From a virus: a stretch of DNA of 64,000 bases. The notes below the pieces were generated by a model. It saw only the letters and a program-made list of their open reading frames with translations, ran no database searches and was not told the origin of the DNA. Position 1 is the first letter of the stretch; each line of letters begins with the position of its first letter. Below, piece by piece: positions 16,601 to 24,585 of this stretch. Location: the IMG/VR virus record IMGVR_UViG_3300045988_120652. One strand, 5' to 3'. The position numbers and the translations under genes are program-made.

Positions 16601-17341
16601 GACACCGACCGCAACCAGACCATCTATCTCTGCGCCTTAGCAGTGCAGTTCCTGATGCGCTATCACACTTTTGCCATTGCACCTCAAGGCAATGTGCGTC
16701 GCCGTCAGATGGTGCAGAAGCTCACCGAGAGCATCGTGCGCTACTTCGAGTGGTTTTTCTCTCGCAATGAGGTTTACGGTGTGCCGATATGTACGGATGA
16801 TATGTTTAATGAGTTCATGCGCGACTGGGCAGATGCTTCTGAAGGTAAGAGTAAGGAGTATAGCCGAGCCACCTTCAAGAAGAAGATATACGACTTTTGC
16901 GAGAATATGTCTATCACTTGCAACCCGAAGCACCTCTTCGAGAACGAGAGCGACAAACAGCGCAAGTGCTTTAAGTTGCAGGCATGGGTTACGCAAGAAT
17001 ACTTCACCGGTCGTGAGTGGGAGAACGACAACACCATCGAGCCGAAGTTCATCCGCTATCTCCAAACTTCAAAGCACGTGTTCTTCTTCTACCGCCCTGG
17101 CAAGGACGTAATACCGAAGGATTACCGAGAACTCAAACGTATAGCTAAGCAATATGCCGAACAGCCTGACCCGCTGCCATACCGCGACGATGACGGCAAT
17201 ATCGTACAGCTCACCGATGAAGAGAAGGAACGCTGGGAGAACAACAAGACGCGCAAGCAGGGCAGGCGAATGTCGGCACTTGCAGCTACAACACCCACGG
17301 CTGTTGCGCCGGATGTTAAGGAAGAGGATATGCCGTTTTAA
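13676..17341 (+). CDS. primase-helicase (Zn-finger N-terminus, P-loop NTPase C-terminal half)
   Basis: CFCPICKKG.. Cys cluster. Walker A QASGGSGKSVMV, followed by VITSNYP. Large (1221 aa) and located in the replication module. Ends in an SSB-like acidic tail, EEDMPF. Confidence 0.65.
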   Translation: MFFHPIINRLANIDLHLLVKPANEQRIEGQTACFCPICKKGQDADADVKQTPHFIIYENERGGLYSGVGVDDNRMAEHGAVKWKCTRTGKTGYGAIELYAAKMNLPMHGYSLQRICQRLAKDVYGDTDEVRCAFPEVFAKMDYRTRAQQTIETFSFMPKTDFSPQELAALGCEVTLDKGLPRFGFGSTFTPDMLNKDFRIYSLLSVTLPDVIRDGQHVSEIIHGTPWNPLFVCFASQEIGPQNSYGCFFRPAMAGSEPIVFSTAEEHSVRKVSKWLMGDNVFVYAMDQRKSDNTAVHAAIAKYDPEEKYTETKEVWEENETKDGEPKGTFKKVDVKIPTAEIKARNIVFCRTPEDALSVYYAMRSLRLDKAEDQHFQDFCWYHVAFSIGRRNFWYIERGEWKRENLDFRAVQYQKMNRFAEHVIILYPNDIASQRDCGAICTKFSSLYYAMLPEGFRSRYCRRWQWLFGCSPRSVRDYLLTYTMNAEENFQFDHDLRLPLYSRLRGARNTEPFEIEYPRDPRSGKLKPPTCKVSPTRLWLFMTCHGYYRMIDPESTDLVGQYIHLNKCFVEYIDAKSIMQAAKTLLMDYVEQAWRHNDNERRMMSDCANMIDKTFNEKSAGGLQSMVINFADAFYAKTEYFYFNNVALKITPDSIRTVSYDDINFFIPSLAKKPYDFTMRVFDPPFVIKENEEYQSRLRSIDTKEAMRNEDGSPVFSLSEIKQMRSDLMEWAQTYRWLVEWRSKREQDLWPILRVVRGCSNVLWQEELEAQRNKKSLTPDAIAIQNAHFANMLSGIGRLCYRSWDGMQNICPYFLEDKIPDEKQASGGSGKSVMVNLVVDAAVNVLPIDMKSFKDIESAKNCLTDILKYPGKYRTVHWEDRPKGFPLQYFYVKVTRGTNVERKYGDPISLKMEESPLHVITSNYPLSDDEGSTVGRFPLVSFSDRFSRGNSMKNEPPRSPSDVMKNFTLDPAKLTDTDRNQTIYLCALAVQFLMRYHTFAIAPQGNVRRRQMVQKLTESIVRYFEWFFSRNEVYGVPICTDDMFNEFMRDWADASEGKSKEYSRATFKKKIYDFCENMSITCNPKHLFENESDKQRKCFKLQAWVTQEYFTGREWENDNTIEPKFIRYLQTSKHVFFFYRPGKDVIPKDYRELKRIAKQYAEQPDPLPYRDDDGNIVQLTDEEKERWENNKTRKQGRRMSALAATTPTAVAPDVKEEDMPF

Positions 17342-17376
17342 TTAGACTGAAAGTATAACTTAAACATTTATAGAGT

Positions 17377-18222
17377 ATGAAGAAAATAATGCTTAGAAAG
17401 GATTATCAGACTAAGGTAGTGCCAGTAGCAGAAGCAGTAGGCCATTATTTGGCGGAGTCAGCAAACCGAGTTTGGAACGAGACCTTTATTGACGAGGACA
17501 CTCAGCAGAACGTCGTTATAGAGCGTGCTGAGAATATTGCGCATCGAGGATGTATGGTTACTGACAAAGTTCTCGAAGAATTGAAAAATAATAAAATCGA
17601 GGAGGTAGTGATAACGGACGTTCCGCATCGTGCTAAGGAGTCAACTTTGTTCAATAGGATTATGCCAATAAAGGTGATGGTGCGCAATGGTTTGGGAGAT
17701 AACGCCGTACTTATTGTGCGCAGCGATTCTTTGCGAGGTGCACAAAATCTTGCAGCCGATTACGCAGAGGGTGCTGTAAACGAAATTTTTAAGACTGAGG
17801 GTGCCGAGTCAATATATGTCGCTAAGTCGGAGATAATAGAAGGTATTCATTTTATCGGTCGCACAAAAGAAGACATTGAACAGGAGGAAACTGAACTCGA
17901 AAAAGATGCAGATGCTCCTGTAAAAGAGCCGTTCAAGGTTAAGGCTTCGTTCATTGATACCGAGATGTATGAGCCAGAGAATACCAGGTCGAAAGCTGGC
18001 GTACATACAAAGGATATGTTCGTGGTATGGGCTTATGATGTGGTAACAGCCAAGAACATCGTGTTCGATTATATCAAACACTATTATCGCACGATACTGA
18101 ACGAGCGCGAGACTCTTCGCGTGATTGGAGCCACACAGTTCTATGCACATACCTATGTCCCTGCTGAGTACTGCAATGAGTATATCGAGCAGGAAAAGTT
18201 GAAATTGGCTGTGGAGGAGTAG
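17377..18222 (+). CDS. hypothetical protein (281 aa)
   Basis: ATG ORF in the replication module. No motif recognised. Confidence 0.6.
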   Translation: MKKIMLRKDYQTKVVPVAEAVGHYLAESANRVWNETFIDEDTQQNVVIERAENIAHRGCMVTDKVLEELKNNKIEEVVITDVPHRAKESTLFNRIMPIKVMVRNGLGDNAVLIVRSDSLRGAQNLAADYAEGAVNEIFKTEGAESIYVAKSEIIEGIHFIGRTKEDIEQEETELEKDADAPVKEPFKVKASFIDTEMYEPENTRSKAGVHTKDMFVVWAYDVVTAKNIVFDYIKHYYRTILNERETLRVIGATQFYAHTYVPAEYCNEYIEQEKLKLAVEE

Positions 18223-18255
18223 GCGTATATGTTTAATCTTTAACAAAGATAGATT

Positions 18256-18684
18256 ATGAAATTATACCGTTTCATGTCTTCTGTTGAGATAGCTAAGTTG
18301 TTTCATAGAGAGACATTAAAGAATACTACCGACCACAGTAAGAAACGTGGTACGGCAAGCACGGCAAAGGGATTCTGTTTTGGAATTGGTGGCATGGAAC
18401 AGGCTAAAAAGGATTTTCGCCGATTGAAGGGGATTGTTTGTCCTGATGCTCTGTTGGTATTCACTCCTAAAATTTCTGAAAAGTTTACACCATGTAAAGG
18501 TCGCTATATAGACTATGATAAGATTGATGCAGAAGGAAAATCTGTCATAGACTATCCAATAGGGAAAGAACGCTGCAAGTACTTTGAAGAATATTGCACC
18601 GAGAGTTATTCTGTTGATGACATTGAACAAATAGAGTATTATGAAGTGCTACGCCCTTCTTTTTCTAAAGTAGAATGTAAATAA
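18256..18684 (+). CDS. hypothetical protein (142 aa)
   Basis: ATG ORF. Confidence 0.55.
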   Translation: MKLYRFMSSVEIAKLFHRETLKNTTDHSKKRGTASTAKGFCFGIGGMEQAKKDFRRLKGIVCPDALLVFTPKISEKFTPCKGRYIDYDKIDAEGKSVIDYPIGKERCKYFEEYCTESYSVDDIEQIEYYEVLRPSFSKVECK

Positions 18685-18695
18685 AACAATACGAT

Positions 18696-18928
18696 ATGCG
18701 AACATTCACCCCCCCAGATGCGAAAACTGCATTTCTTACGACCACATAAAATGTAGTTGCAGGGAGCAGAGTTCCCCGCTGTTCGGCGGCAACATCAGTC
18801 CTCTGCACCTCGCTTGCAGCAGCTTTATCGGGCTTTCAAAGGTGTATGCGCCGAAGAACCGAGTGAAGAAATGGTATAAGGTGCGCACGATGGACGATAT
18901 GAGCGATAGCAGGGCGAGATTATATTAA
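18696..18928 (+). pseudogene. small Cys-rich ORF interrupted at a C7 homopolymer
   Basis: ATG at 18696 gives MRTFTPP, then a stop 10 codons later. The -1 frame from the C-run (18709-18715) reads RCENCISYDHIKCSCREQ...KKWYKVRTMDDMSDSRARLY and ends at TAA 18926-18928. Confidence 0.3.
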
Positions 18929-18967
18929 ACGGTAAACATAAATAAACAAATAAAAACTATAAACAAA

Positions 18968-19576
18968 ATGGCAAGTTACAACGGCAACATTGACCTGCTC
19001 TCGTTAAACGGAGCGTAGGTATTCAAGGGTATTGACAAGAACAATCCCGAGCGAGTGTATGTCTGCGTTCCGGCAGACTTGAATGAAATCAAAGTGGAGC
19101 AACATCCGCAGAAGCCCGACCGCACACTGGCGAAGATGCGTGTGAATATCTGGCCACTGAACGAGAAATACAAAAACACCGTGCGTCGTTCGGCAATGGA
19201 GCGTGGCGACACAAACGTTACTGTTCCAACACACGAAATGCAGATGTCCTTCTCTGTAGATTTCGTCAAGGTAGCGGTAAAGAAATACCCTAAGCTCGTG
19301 GAGCAGGTGAAGGAGGCAAATAAGGATCGTGACCCTGACATCGTGAACCAAGACCCTACCGACGAGAACACCCACCTCTTTAAGGTTATCCGTCAGCGTC
19401 TGAACAAGCGACTGGCTATGCTCTACCAGCCACAGCCCACACAGCAGCCGTCGCCTTATGCTACACCGAATGTAGGCGTAGCAGGTGCAGCCTCCGGCTA
19501 TGTGGCACCGGCAGAATCAAGCGGCGTAGACCTTGGCGGTTATAATCCGGCGGAAGACGAGGATTTGCCGTTCTAA
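18968..19576 (+). CDS. SSB-like protein (acidic ...EDEDLPF tail) with an in-frame TAG at codon 17
   Basis: ATG at 18968 has an A-rich leader. The frame stays open apart from TAG 19016-19018. The track ORF starts only at GTG 19055. The C-terminal P/Q/G-rich linker plus DEDLPF mimics the bacterial SSB tail (DDDIPF). Confidence 0.5.
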
Positions 19577-19777
19577 GAGTTTTGAATTTTGAGTTTTGAG
19601 TTTTGAATTGTCGCCTTTGGCGATTAGGAATTGTTCAATGTTGATTTGAAAATTGCCGATTCAAAACTTAAAAACTCAAAAAATTTCCAACGGAAACAAC
19701 TAAAAATTCAAAACTCAAAAACTCAAAATTGCGCAACGCGCAACAATTCAAAATTCAAAATCCAAAACTCAAAATTC
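19577..19777. repeat. paired forward/reverse TTTTGA-unit arrays (copy C/C'), ~200-bp quasi-palindrome
   Basis: Forward array plus TCGCC-tttg-GGCGA (19611-19623). Reverse array plus TGCGC-aac-GCGCA (19730-19742). Ends at the dnaN ATG. Confidence 0.75.
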
Positions 19778-20968
19778 ATGAAACTTCAAGCTCAATCATC
19801 CCGCGCCCTCCACTCTGCCCTCAACAAGTCGGCAAAGTGTATCGGCTCGAAGAACACGATAGCCATTCTCGACAATGTGCTGTTGACACGTAACGAAGGC
19901 GGTCAGTTCTTCCTTACATCATTCACCACCGAAGCGCAGCTCACTATCCCTGCACCACTCACTCTGTGTGGCGGCAAGTTCGACAAGCCGATAGTGTTGC
20001 CCATCAAGATGCTCAGTTCGCTGTTAGGTACTTTGCCCGACTGTGTTGTCACGATTGAAGTGGTAGATGACGGTCAGACGTTCACCGTAGAGTATTGCAC
20101 CGGCAGTGGCGATAGCGTTAAGTCGGGCAAGGCAAGTATGGTGTATTTCTCAGGCGAGGACTATCCGCAGATGGTGCTGCCCAATAGTGAAAAATCGACA
20201 ATCATCAGTCTGCCCGGTCAGTTGTTCCGTTCCGTGATAGATACCGCCGATAAGTTCGTGCAGATAGACGAGCTTCGCCCTACGCTATCCAGTCTGTGTG
20301 TAGACATTGCCGACGACCGTTCGGAAGTAATTTTTGCAGCCACCGACGGATACATCCTTACCAAGATTACGCACAATAACGACCCGCAGAAGGGAGGTAG
20401 CGACTTCTTCCGTAAAGGCGAACCTTGCAAGACGCTTATCCACCGCAACTACTTCCGCACGCTATCTGCCTTCGACGGATGCGAAGACATCAGCATCGAG
20501 AACGACGGCCACACCATACGCTTCTCGTCGGGCGACACCGAACTTATCTGTAAGCACATGGAAGGCAAATATCCGAATTACGGCAGCGTGATTCCTAAGT
20601 CCAACCCTTACTTCGTTGTCTTCAACAAGAAGGAAATGATAGACATTCTGCGTCGCGTCAGTCTGTTCTCAAGCAGTGCAAGCAATCTGGTAAAGGTAGA
20701 GAAGAACGGCATGTTCATCAACGTATCGGCAAGCGACGTAGACTTTGCCATGTCGGGCGAAGACCAGGTGTTCATATCCAACTCGGAATGTCCCGACAAG
20801 TTCTTCATCGGACTAAAGTCAACAGCCGTTCAGGTCTGCATCAACTCAATCCCTTCAGACACCATACGTATGCAGTTGCTCGACAGTACACACGCCGTAG
20901 TGCTCACCGCCGACGAACCCGCGCCAAAAGTGTTGACACTGGCAATGCCGATGATGCTGAATGATTAA
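19778..20968 (+). CDS. dnaN: DNA polymerase III beta sliding clamp
   Basis: Start set at MKLQAQSSRALHSALNKSAKCIGSKNTIAILDNVLLT, a typical DnaN N-terminus. The 396-aa length fits. The track start at 19631 runs through the repeat array. Confidence 0.85.
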   Translation: MKLQAQSSRALHSALNKSAKCIGSKNTIAILDNVLLTRNEGGQFFLTSFTTEAQLTIPAPLTLCGGKFDKPIVLPIKMLSSLLGTLPDCVVTIEVVDDGQTFTVEYCTGSGDSVKSGKASMVYFSGEDYPQMVLPNSEKSTIISLPGQLFRSVIDTADKFVQIDELRPTLSSLCVDIADDRSEVIFAATDGYILTKITHNNDPQKGGSDFFRKGEPCKTLIHRNYFRTLSAFDGCEDISIENDGHTIRFSSGDTELICKHMEGKYPNYGSVIPKSNPYFVVFNKKEMIDILRRVSLFSSSASNLVKVEKNGMFINVSASDVDFAMSGEDQVFISNSECPDKFFIGLKSTAVQVCINSIPSDTIRMQLLDSTHAVVLTADEPAPKVLTLAMPMMLND

Positions 20969-21617
20969 TTCAAAACTCAATATGGACGATACTCTGCTTT
21001 TCATTCCGCCTTGCTGCGTAGACAATAAGCTGCCCAAGGCGGTCAACCAGGCTCCCCACCGTCAGCTCACGTTCTACACTCATGGCGACGTGACAGCGGA
21101 GAAATTCTATAAGGCAGTGAGCCACCTCGTGATTGACCCTCACGTTATGGTGTTCACCATGCCTTCGCCTAAACAAGAGACATTCATGTTTCTTGAGCAA
21201 TGCTTTGAGCGAGGATGGATAACCCACCTCGTGCTATCCACCTACCGCTCGTGCGACTCGCTCATAGCAAAACACCTTGGCGATTACGCCGACCGCATCA
21301 TCTATGCGCAAAGCGACGACGTGAGCGACCTGAGCAGTCACATGGTGCTCTACAATAAGGATAGAGCTCTAACACTTAGTGGACCGATGTACGACCGTCC
21401 GCAGACCGATGTGCGACTGGCTGCATACACGCTCGTGTTCCACCCATCCCACCTGCTAAACTCTACAGCCGACTGGGGTAACTCGCTCCGCAATATTCTC
21501 TTCCCCGACGTACTGCGTCAGCGTAAGAAGATTTTTGCCGGAGGCGTAAAACTGATAAAGGATAAGGTAATAGACAGGTTCATACACCTTGAGTTTCCGC
21601 CCCTTCGGGAGTGTTGA
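20961..21617 (+). CDS. hypothetical protein (218 aa)
   Basis: ATG overlaps the dnaN stop. No motif recognised. Confidence 0.5.
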   Translation: MINSKLNMDDTLLFIPPCCVDNKLPKAVNQAPHRQLTFYTHGDVTAEKFYKAVSHLVIDPHVMVFTMPSPKQETFMFLEQCFERGWITHLVLSTYRSCDSLIAKHLGDYADRIIYAQSDDVSDLSSHMVLYNKDRALTLSGPMYDRPQTDVRLAAYTLVFHPSHLLNSTADWGNSLRNILFPDVLRQRKKIFAGGVKLIKDKVIDRFIHLEFPPLREC

Positions 21618-21811
21618 GTTTTGAATTTTGAGTTTTGAATTTTGAGTTTTGAATTGTCGCCGTTGGCGATTTCGAATTGTTCAATTTTGAATTGAGAATT
21701 AAAAGAAAATCAAAAGTCAAAGGGTGTAAAGCCAACAGTTCAAAATTCAAAATTCAATAACTCAAAATGCGCGTAGCGCACAATCCAAAACTCAAAACTC
21801 AAAATTCAAAA
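21613..21811. repeat. paired forward/reverse TTTTGA-unit arrays (copy D/D')
   Basis: Forward array plus TCGCC-gttg-GGCGA (21657-21669). Reverse array plus TGCGC-gta-GCGCA (21768-21780). Confidence 0.75.
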
Positions 21812-22123
21812 ATGAAGAAACCAACCCAATCTTACACCGAGCTTCGTCGATATATGGAGAAATGGCAATGGGATGACCCTCGCACGGGACAACGTGTCAC
21901 GGGCTTCAATCCTCCGCAGACAGCCAGGAACGTGCAGCGTATGCCGTTCTATATCAAGTTCCTTACCAAGAGCGGACATGTAGACGCAGGTATGTGTGTC
22001 TGCCTTGCTGTAGATACTGACCGCCATCAGCGCAAGGTGCAGTTCGTGGTGAGTGGTGAGATAAGGGTTGTGAATGACATACTTGTGCTTGAAGTAGACG
22101 GCACGAGATTTATAACACATTAA
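21812..22123 (+). CDS. hypothetical protein (103 aa)
   Basis: Start set at MKKPTQSY, just after the repeat array. Confidence 0.5.
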   Translation: MKKPTQSYTELRRYMEKWQWDDPRTGQRVTGFNPPQTARNVQRMPFYIKFLTKSGHVDAGMCVCLAVDTDRHQRKVQFVVSGEIRVVNDILVLEVDGTRFITH

Positions 22124-22240
22124 CGAGATTTTTGTTTTTTCATCATATTTGTTATTTGAAGGATTTTAAATTCATGGCTAAAAGGTTTAGTGAAACCATA
22201 TAAGTGTTAAAAGAACTTTTTGTTCAAGATTATTATTATT

Positions 22241-22276
22241 CGGCTTGTTCGTGAGAATATGCCGTATGCGTTTTTT
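22241..22276 (+). terminator. terminator-like hairpin, conserved-apex family (copy 3)
   Basis: CGGC-uug-UUC-GUGA-GAA-uau-GCCG, then uaugcg and U6. Confidence 0.5.
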
Positions 22277-22299
22277 GTAAAACTATTATGAGATTTTTT

Positions 22300-22332
22300 A
22301 GTTCTTCGGTCCGTGAGGATAGAGGAATTTTT
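22300..22332 (+). terminator. terminator-like hairpin, conserved-apex family (copy 4)
   Basis: AGUUCUUC-gg-UCC-GUGA-GGA-ua-GAGGAAUU, then UUU. The outer stem differs from the other copies but stays paired. Confidence 0.55.
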
Positions 22333-22364
22333 CAACAGAATTATAAACTTAAAACAATATATAT

Positions 22365-22922
22365 ATGTGGAATCCATTTAAAAGAAACAAGCAAAATAAG
22401 TTGCAAGAGTTGCGCGACTTATCTGCTATCTCGGCAATTCTCAATGAGTTTGAACGTCACGGGCTGATACATTGGCAGCGCCGAGATAAGATACTTGTCA
22501 TTGAAGAATCTCTGGTAAAATTGAAATTAGCCGAAGGAAGAAGCGGCTTTTTGAAGTTTCTCAACCAGGTGGCCATGTGGCAGAACAATAACATCGCTCA
22601 AGAAGCCTACGAAGCTCATCGTCTGAAGGTGGAGACCGAAGCTGTGCGTAAGGCACAGGCTCAGTTCGCTATGCTCACCAAAGAAGACCTTCAACGTATT
22701 CGTCAGAACGCTCGTGAGCAGATGCCTATAATCCCACTTGAACAGCTCAAGTTTATCAAGGAATTTGACATCTTCGTTGTGAGAGCAGATGCACCCTCAT
22801 TTCAAGACGCTACTAAAGAAGACGGTCATCTGCTGGCTCTTGGACATTTCGATGGCGAGAAGGTGGAAATGGCTATGTACGAGGATATAAAATACATATT
22901 GTATGATAGATCTGAGTCTTGA
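22365..22922 (+). CDS. hypothetical protein (185 aa)
   Basis: ATG ORF. Confidence 0.55.
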   Translation: MWNPFKRNKQNKLQELRDLSAISAILNEFERHGLIHWQRRDKILVIEESLVKLKLAEGRSGFLKFLNQVAMWQNNNIAQEAYEAHRLKVETEAVRKAQAQFAMLTKEDLQRIRQNAREQMPIIPLEQLKFIKEFDIFVVRADAPSFQDATKEDGHLLALGHFDGEKVEMAMYEDIKYILYDRSES

Positions 22923-23442
22923 CCGCCACGACTTTGTTGCAGCCGTTGAAGGTTTCGCCCATGGCTCACATCTTCGTCAGCACGTATGGCGTGAGATAGT
23001 GTTCCGTAACATACCGCAGATGACCAACGACGATATGGACTTCTTCTGGTACATCTTCCGTCGTAATCTCTGGGATTGCTACTTCCGTAAGCGCGATGGC
23101 AATACGGTGTGCGAGTGCGGTAGCGAGGACTATCTACATGCGCTCGCAGCCCTGCATCGAGGCAATAGATATACCATCACATTCAAGTCGCCCGAAACCA
23201 AAGGTATGGTGACAGTAACATGCTATCGTTTCAACGGCCGTTTCCGACCGCTTTATTTCCCTGGACACATGAACAGGCGAATGGCTTCATTTGAAGCGTA
23301 TATACCCGATGAATGGATAAAAGAAAAGCGACAGCATTTCATTCCCGAGAACCGTAACGTGCAAGAAGGGAAAGAAGATTGGTGGACCGACTTGAGTGTA
23401 TATGAGTCGTTGCCATCGGATTTAGCCCCGCAAACTTTATAA
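22903..23442 (+). CDS. hypothetical protein (179 aa)
   Basis: ATG ORF overlapping the previous gene by 20 nt. Confidence 0.55.
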   Translation: MIDLSLDRHDFVAAVEGFAHGSHLRQHVWREIVFRNIPQMTNDDMDFFWYIFRRNLWDCYFRKRDGNTVCECGSEDYLHALAALHRGNRYTITFKSPETKGMVTVTCYRFNGRFRPLYFPGHMNRRMASFEAYIPDEWIKEKRQHFIPENRNVQEGKEDWWTDLSVYESLPSDLAPQTL

Positions 23443-23571
23443 TTTAAAAATTGAAAATAATGAACAAAATAATAATTCCGTCTGTATCATACTACGGCTT
23501 TGATAATAACAATCAAGACGAAGATGAAGACGTTTAATCAACTGGCCGTTCTATAAGAGCAAAGATTAATA

Positions 23572-23898
23572 ATGAAGAAAGACAATAAGAAAAAAAACGA
23601 TGCTGTGCAGCGTTTCAAGGACGCTTGTAACGACATTGCCGATGCCGTAAACAAGCAGTTGTTTGATGGTTGTCGTAATTGGTATTGGATTGGCGACGAG
23701 GTAGGTGGGGCGTGTGACTTCGAGGAATCCGACGTGCTAAATCCGGAAGATATGGTGCGTATCATCGAGAACAATATGTCCTATGATGAATATGCCGAAT
23801 GGCGCGATGCAAACCTCGACAACAACCGTTACATCAATCTCAAGTCGTGGTTGATGGGAGCAAGACATGATATGTTTAAGGAGGAATGGAGCGAATAA
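23572..23898 (+). CDS. hypothetical protein (108 aa)
   Basis: ATG ORF. Confidence 0.5.
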   Translation: MKKDNKKKNDAVQRFKDACNDIADAVNKQLFDGCRNWYWIGDEVGGACDFEESDVLNPEDMVRIIENNMSYDEYAEWRDANLDNNRYINLKSWLMGARHDMFKEEWSE

Positions 23899-23911
23899 CA
23901 AAAGAAAACCT

Positions 23912-24568
23912 ATGCGACATTACAGTACATTGACCGAAGAGGAGATTAGTTCTCTCGCTATGGTATATCCTACCACCACCAACGTGACGCTCTGTGCTCA
24001 GTATGACATTAGCCGTGCCGGATTACGCAAGCTCGCCATCCGGCACGGATGGAGCAAGGACTGCGCAACGATGGCGATGATGAAGGCGCAAAGCGACAAT
24101 ATCACACCCAGTCAGGTGAGCTGGCTGCGCAGCAACTTTGCTGACATGCCCAATACGGAAATTATGTTCTACTTGGGCATTGGCGATCACGCCTTAGCGA
24201 GGCTGAGACATCGTTACGGATTGAAGAAATCCCATGAATACCTAAAGCAAATGGGGTGCAAGGCGAGGGAGGCGCAACGTGCCCTCCCCGAGCAGCGTGA
24301 TATGTGCGAGCAATTTGCTTCCCATTCTCGTGGTGCCAAGCGTACCGGCACAATCTACCAGGAGATACAGCGCAACGTGAAAGGACGTGAGCAGCGAGGC
24401 TGCGGCTCGGCAGGTTATGTGGTCCGAGGTGTTGGCTTTGTGAAGCAGCAGCGCATCCGTTGGGTGGGCGAGATTACAGCCAACTACAAGCGTTATAGAT
24501 TCCGTTCTACAGATTATCAGTCTGTAGTGAGTTGGTTGTCGATGATGCGGAATAGGTTGGCAGAGTGA
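23912..24568 (+). CDS. hypothetical protein with repeated HTH-like segments (218 aa)
   Basis: Start set at MRHYS. Repeats LCAQYDISRAGLRKLAIRHGWSKD and FYLGIGDHALARLRHRYGLKKS. Confidence 0.45.
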   Translation: MRHYSTLTEEEISSLAMVYPTTTNVTLCAQYDISRAGLRKLAIRHGWSKDCATMAMMKAQSDNITPSQVSWLRSNFADMPNTEIMFYLGIGDHALARLRHRYGLKKSHEYLKQMGCKAREAQRALPEQRDMCEQFASHSRGAKRTGTIYQEIQRNVKGREQRGCGSAGYVVRGVGFVKQQRIRWVGEITANYKRYRFRSTDYQSVVSWLSMMRNRLAE

Positions 24569-24585
24569 ATAAAAAAACAGCAGCC

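Noticed and set aside
18968-19576. Genome-wide TAG (amber) reassignment, as in some gut phages
   Set aside because: Large genes are intact in the standard code. Several genes plainly terminate at TAG (3378-3380, 37350-37352, 49878-49880, 60038-60040, 61024-61026). Only the single in-frame TAG at 19016 is reported.
19631-19777. N-terminal extensions of dnaN (track start 19631) and of 21767..22123 through the TTTTGA repeat arrays (KIQNSKTQN.. peptides)
   Set aside because: The extension is a translation of the intergenic repeat family. A canonical DnaN N-terminus begins at 19778, and a normal leader and ATG lie at 21812.
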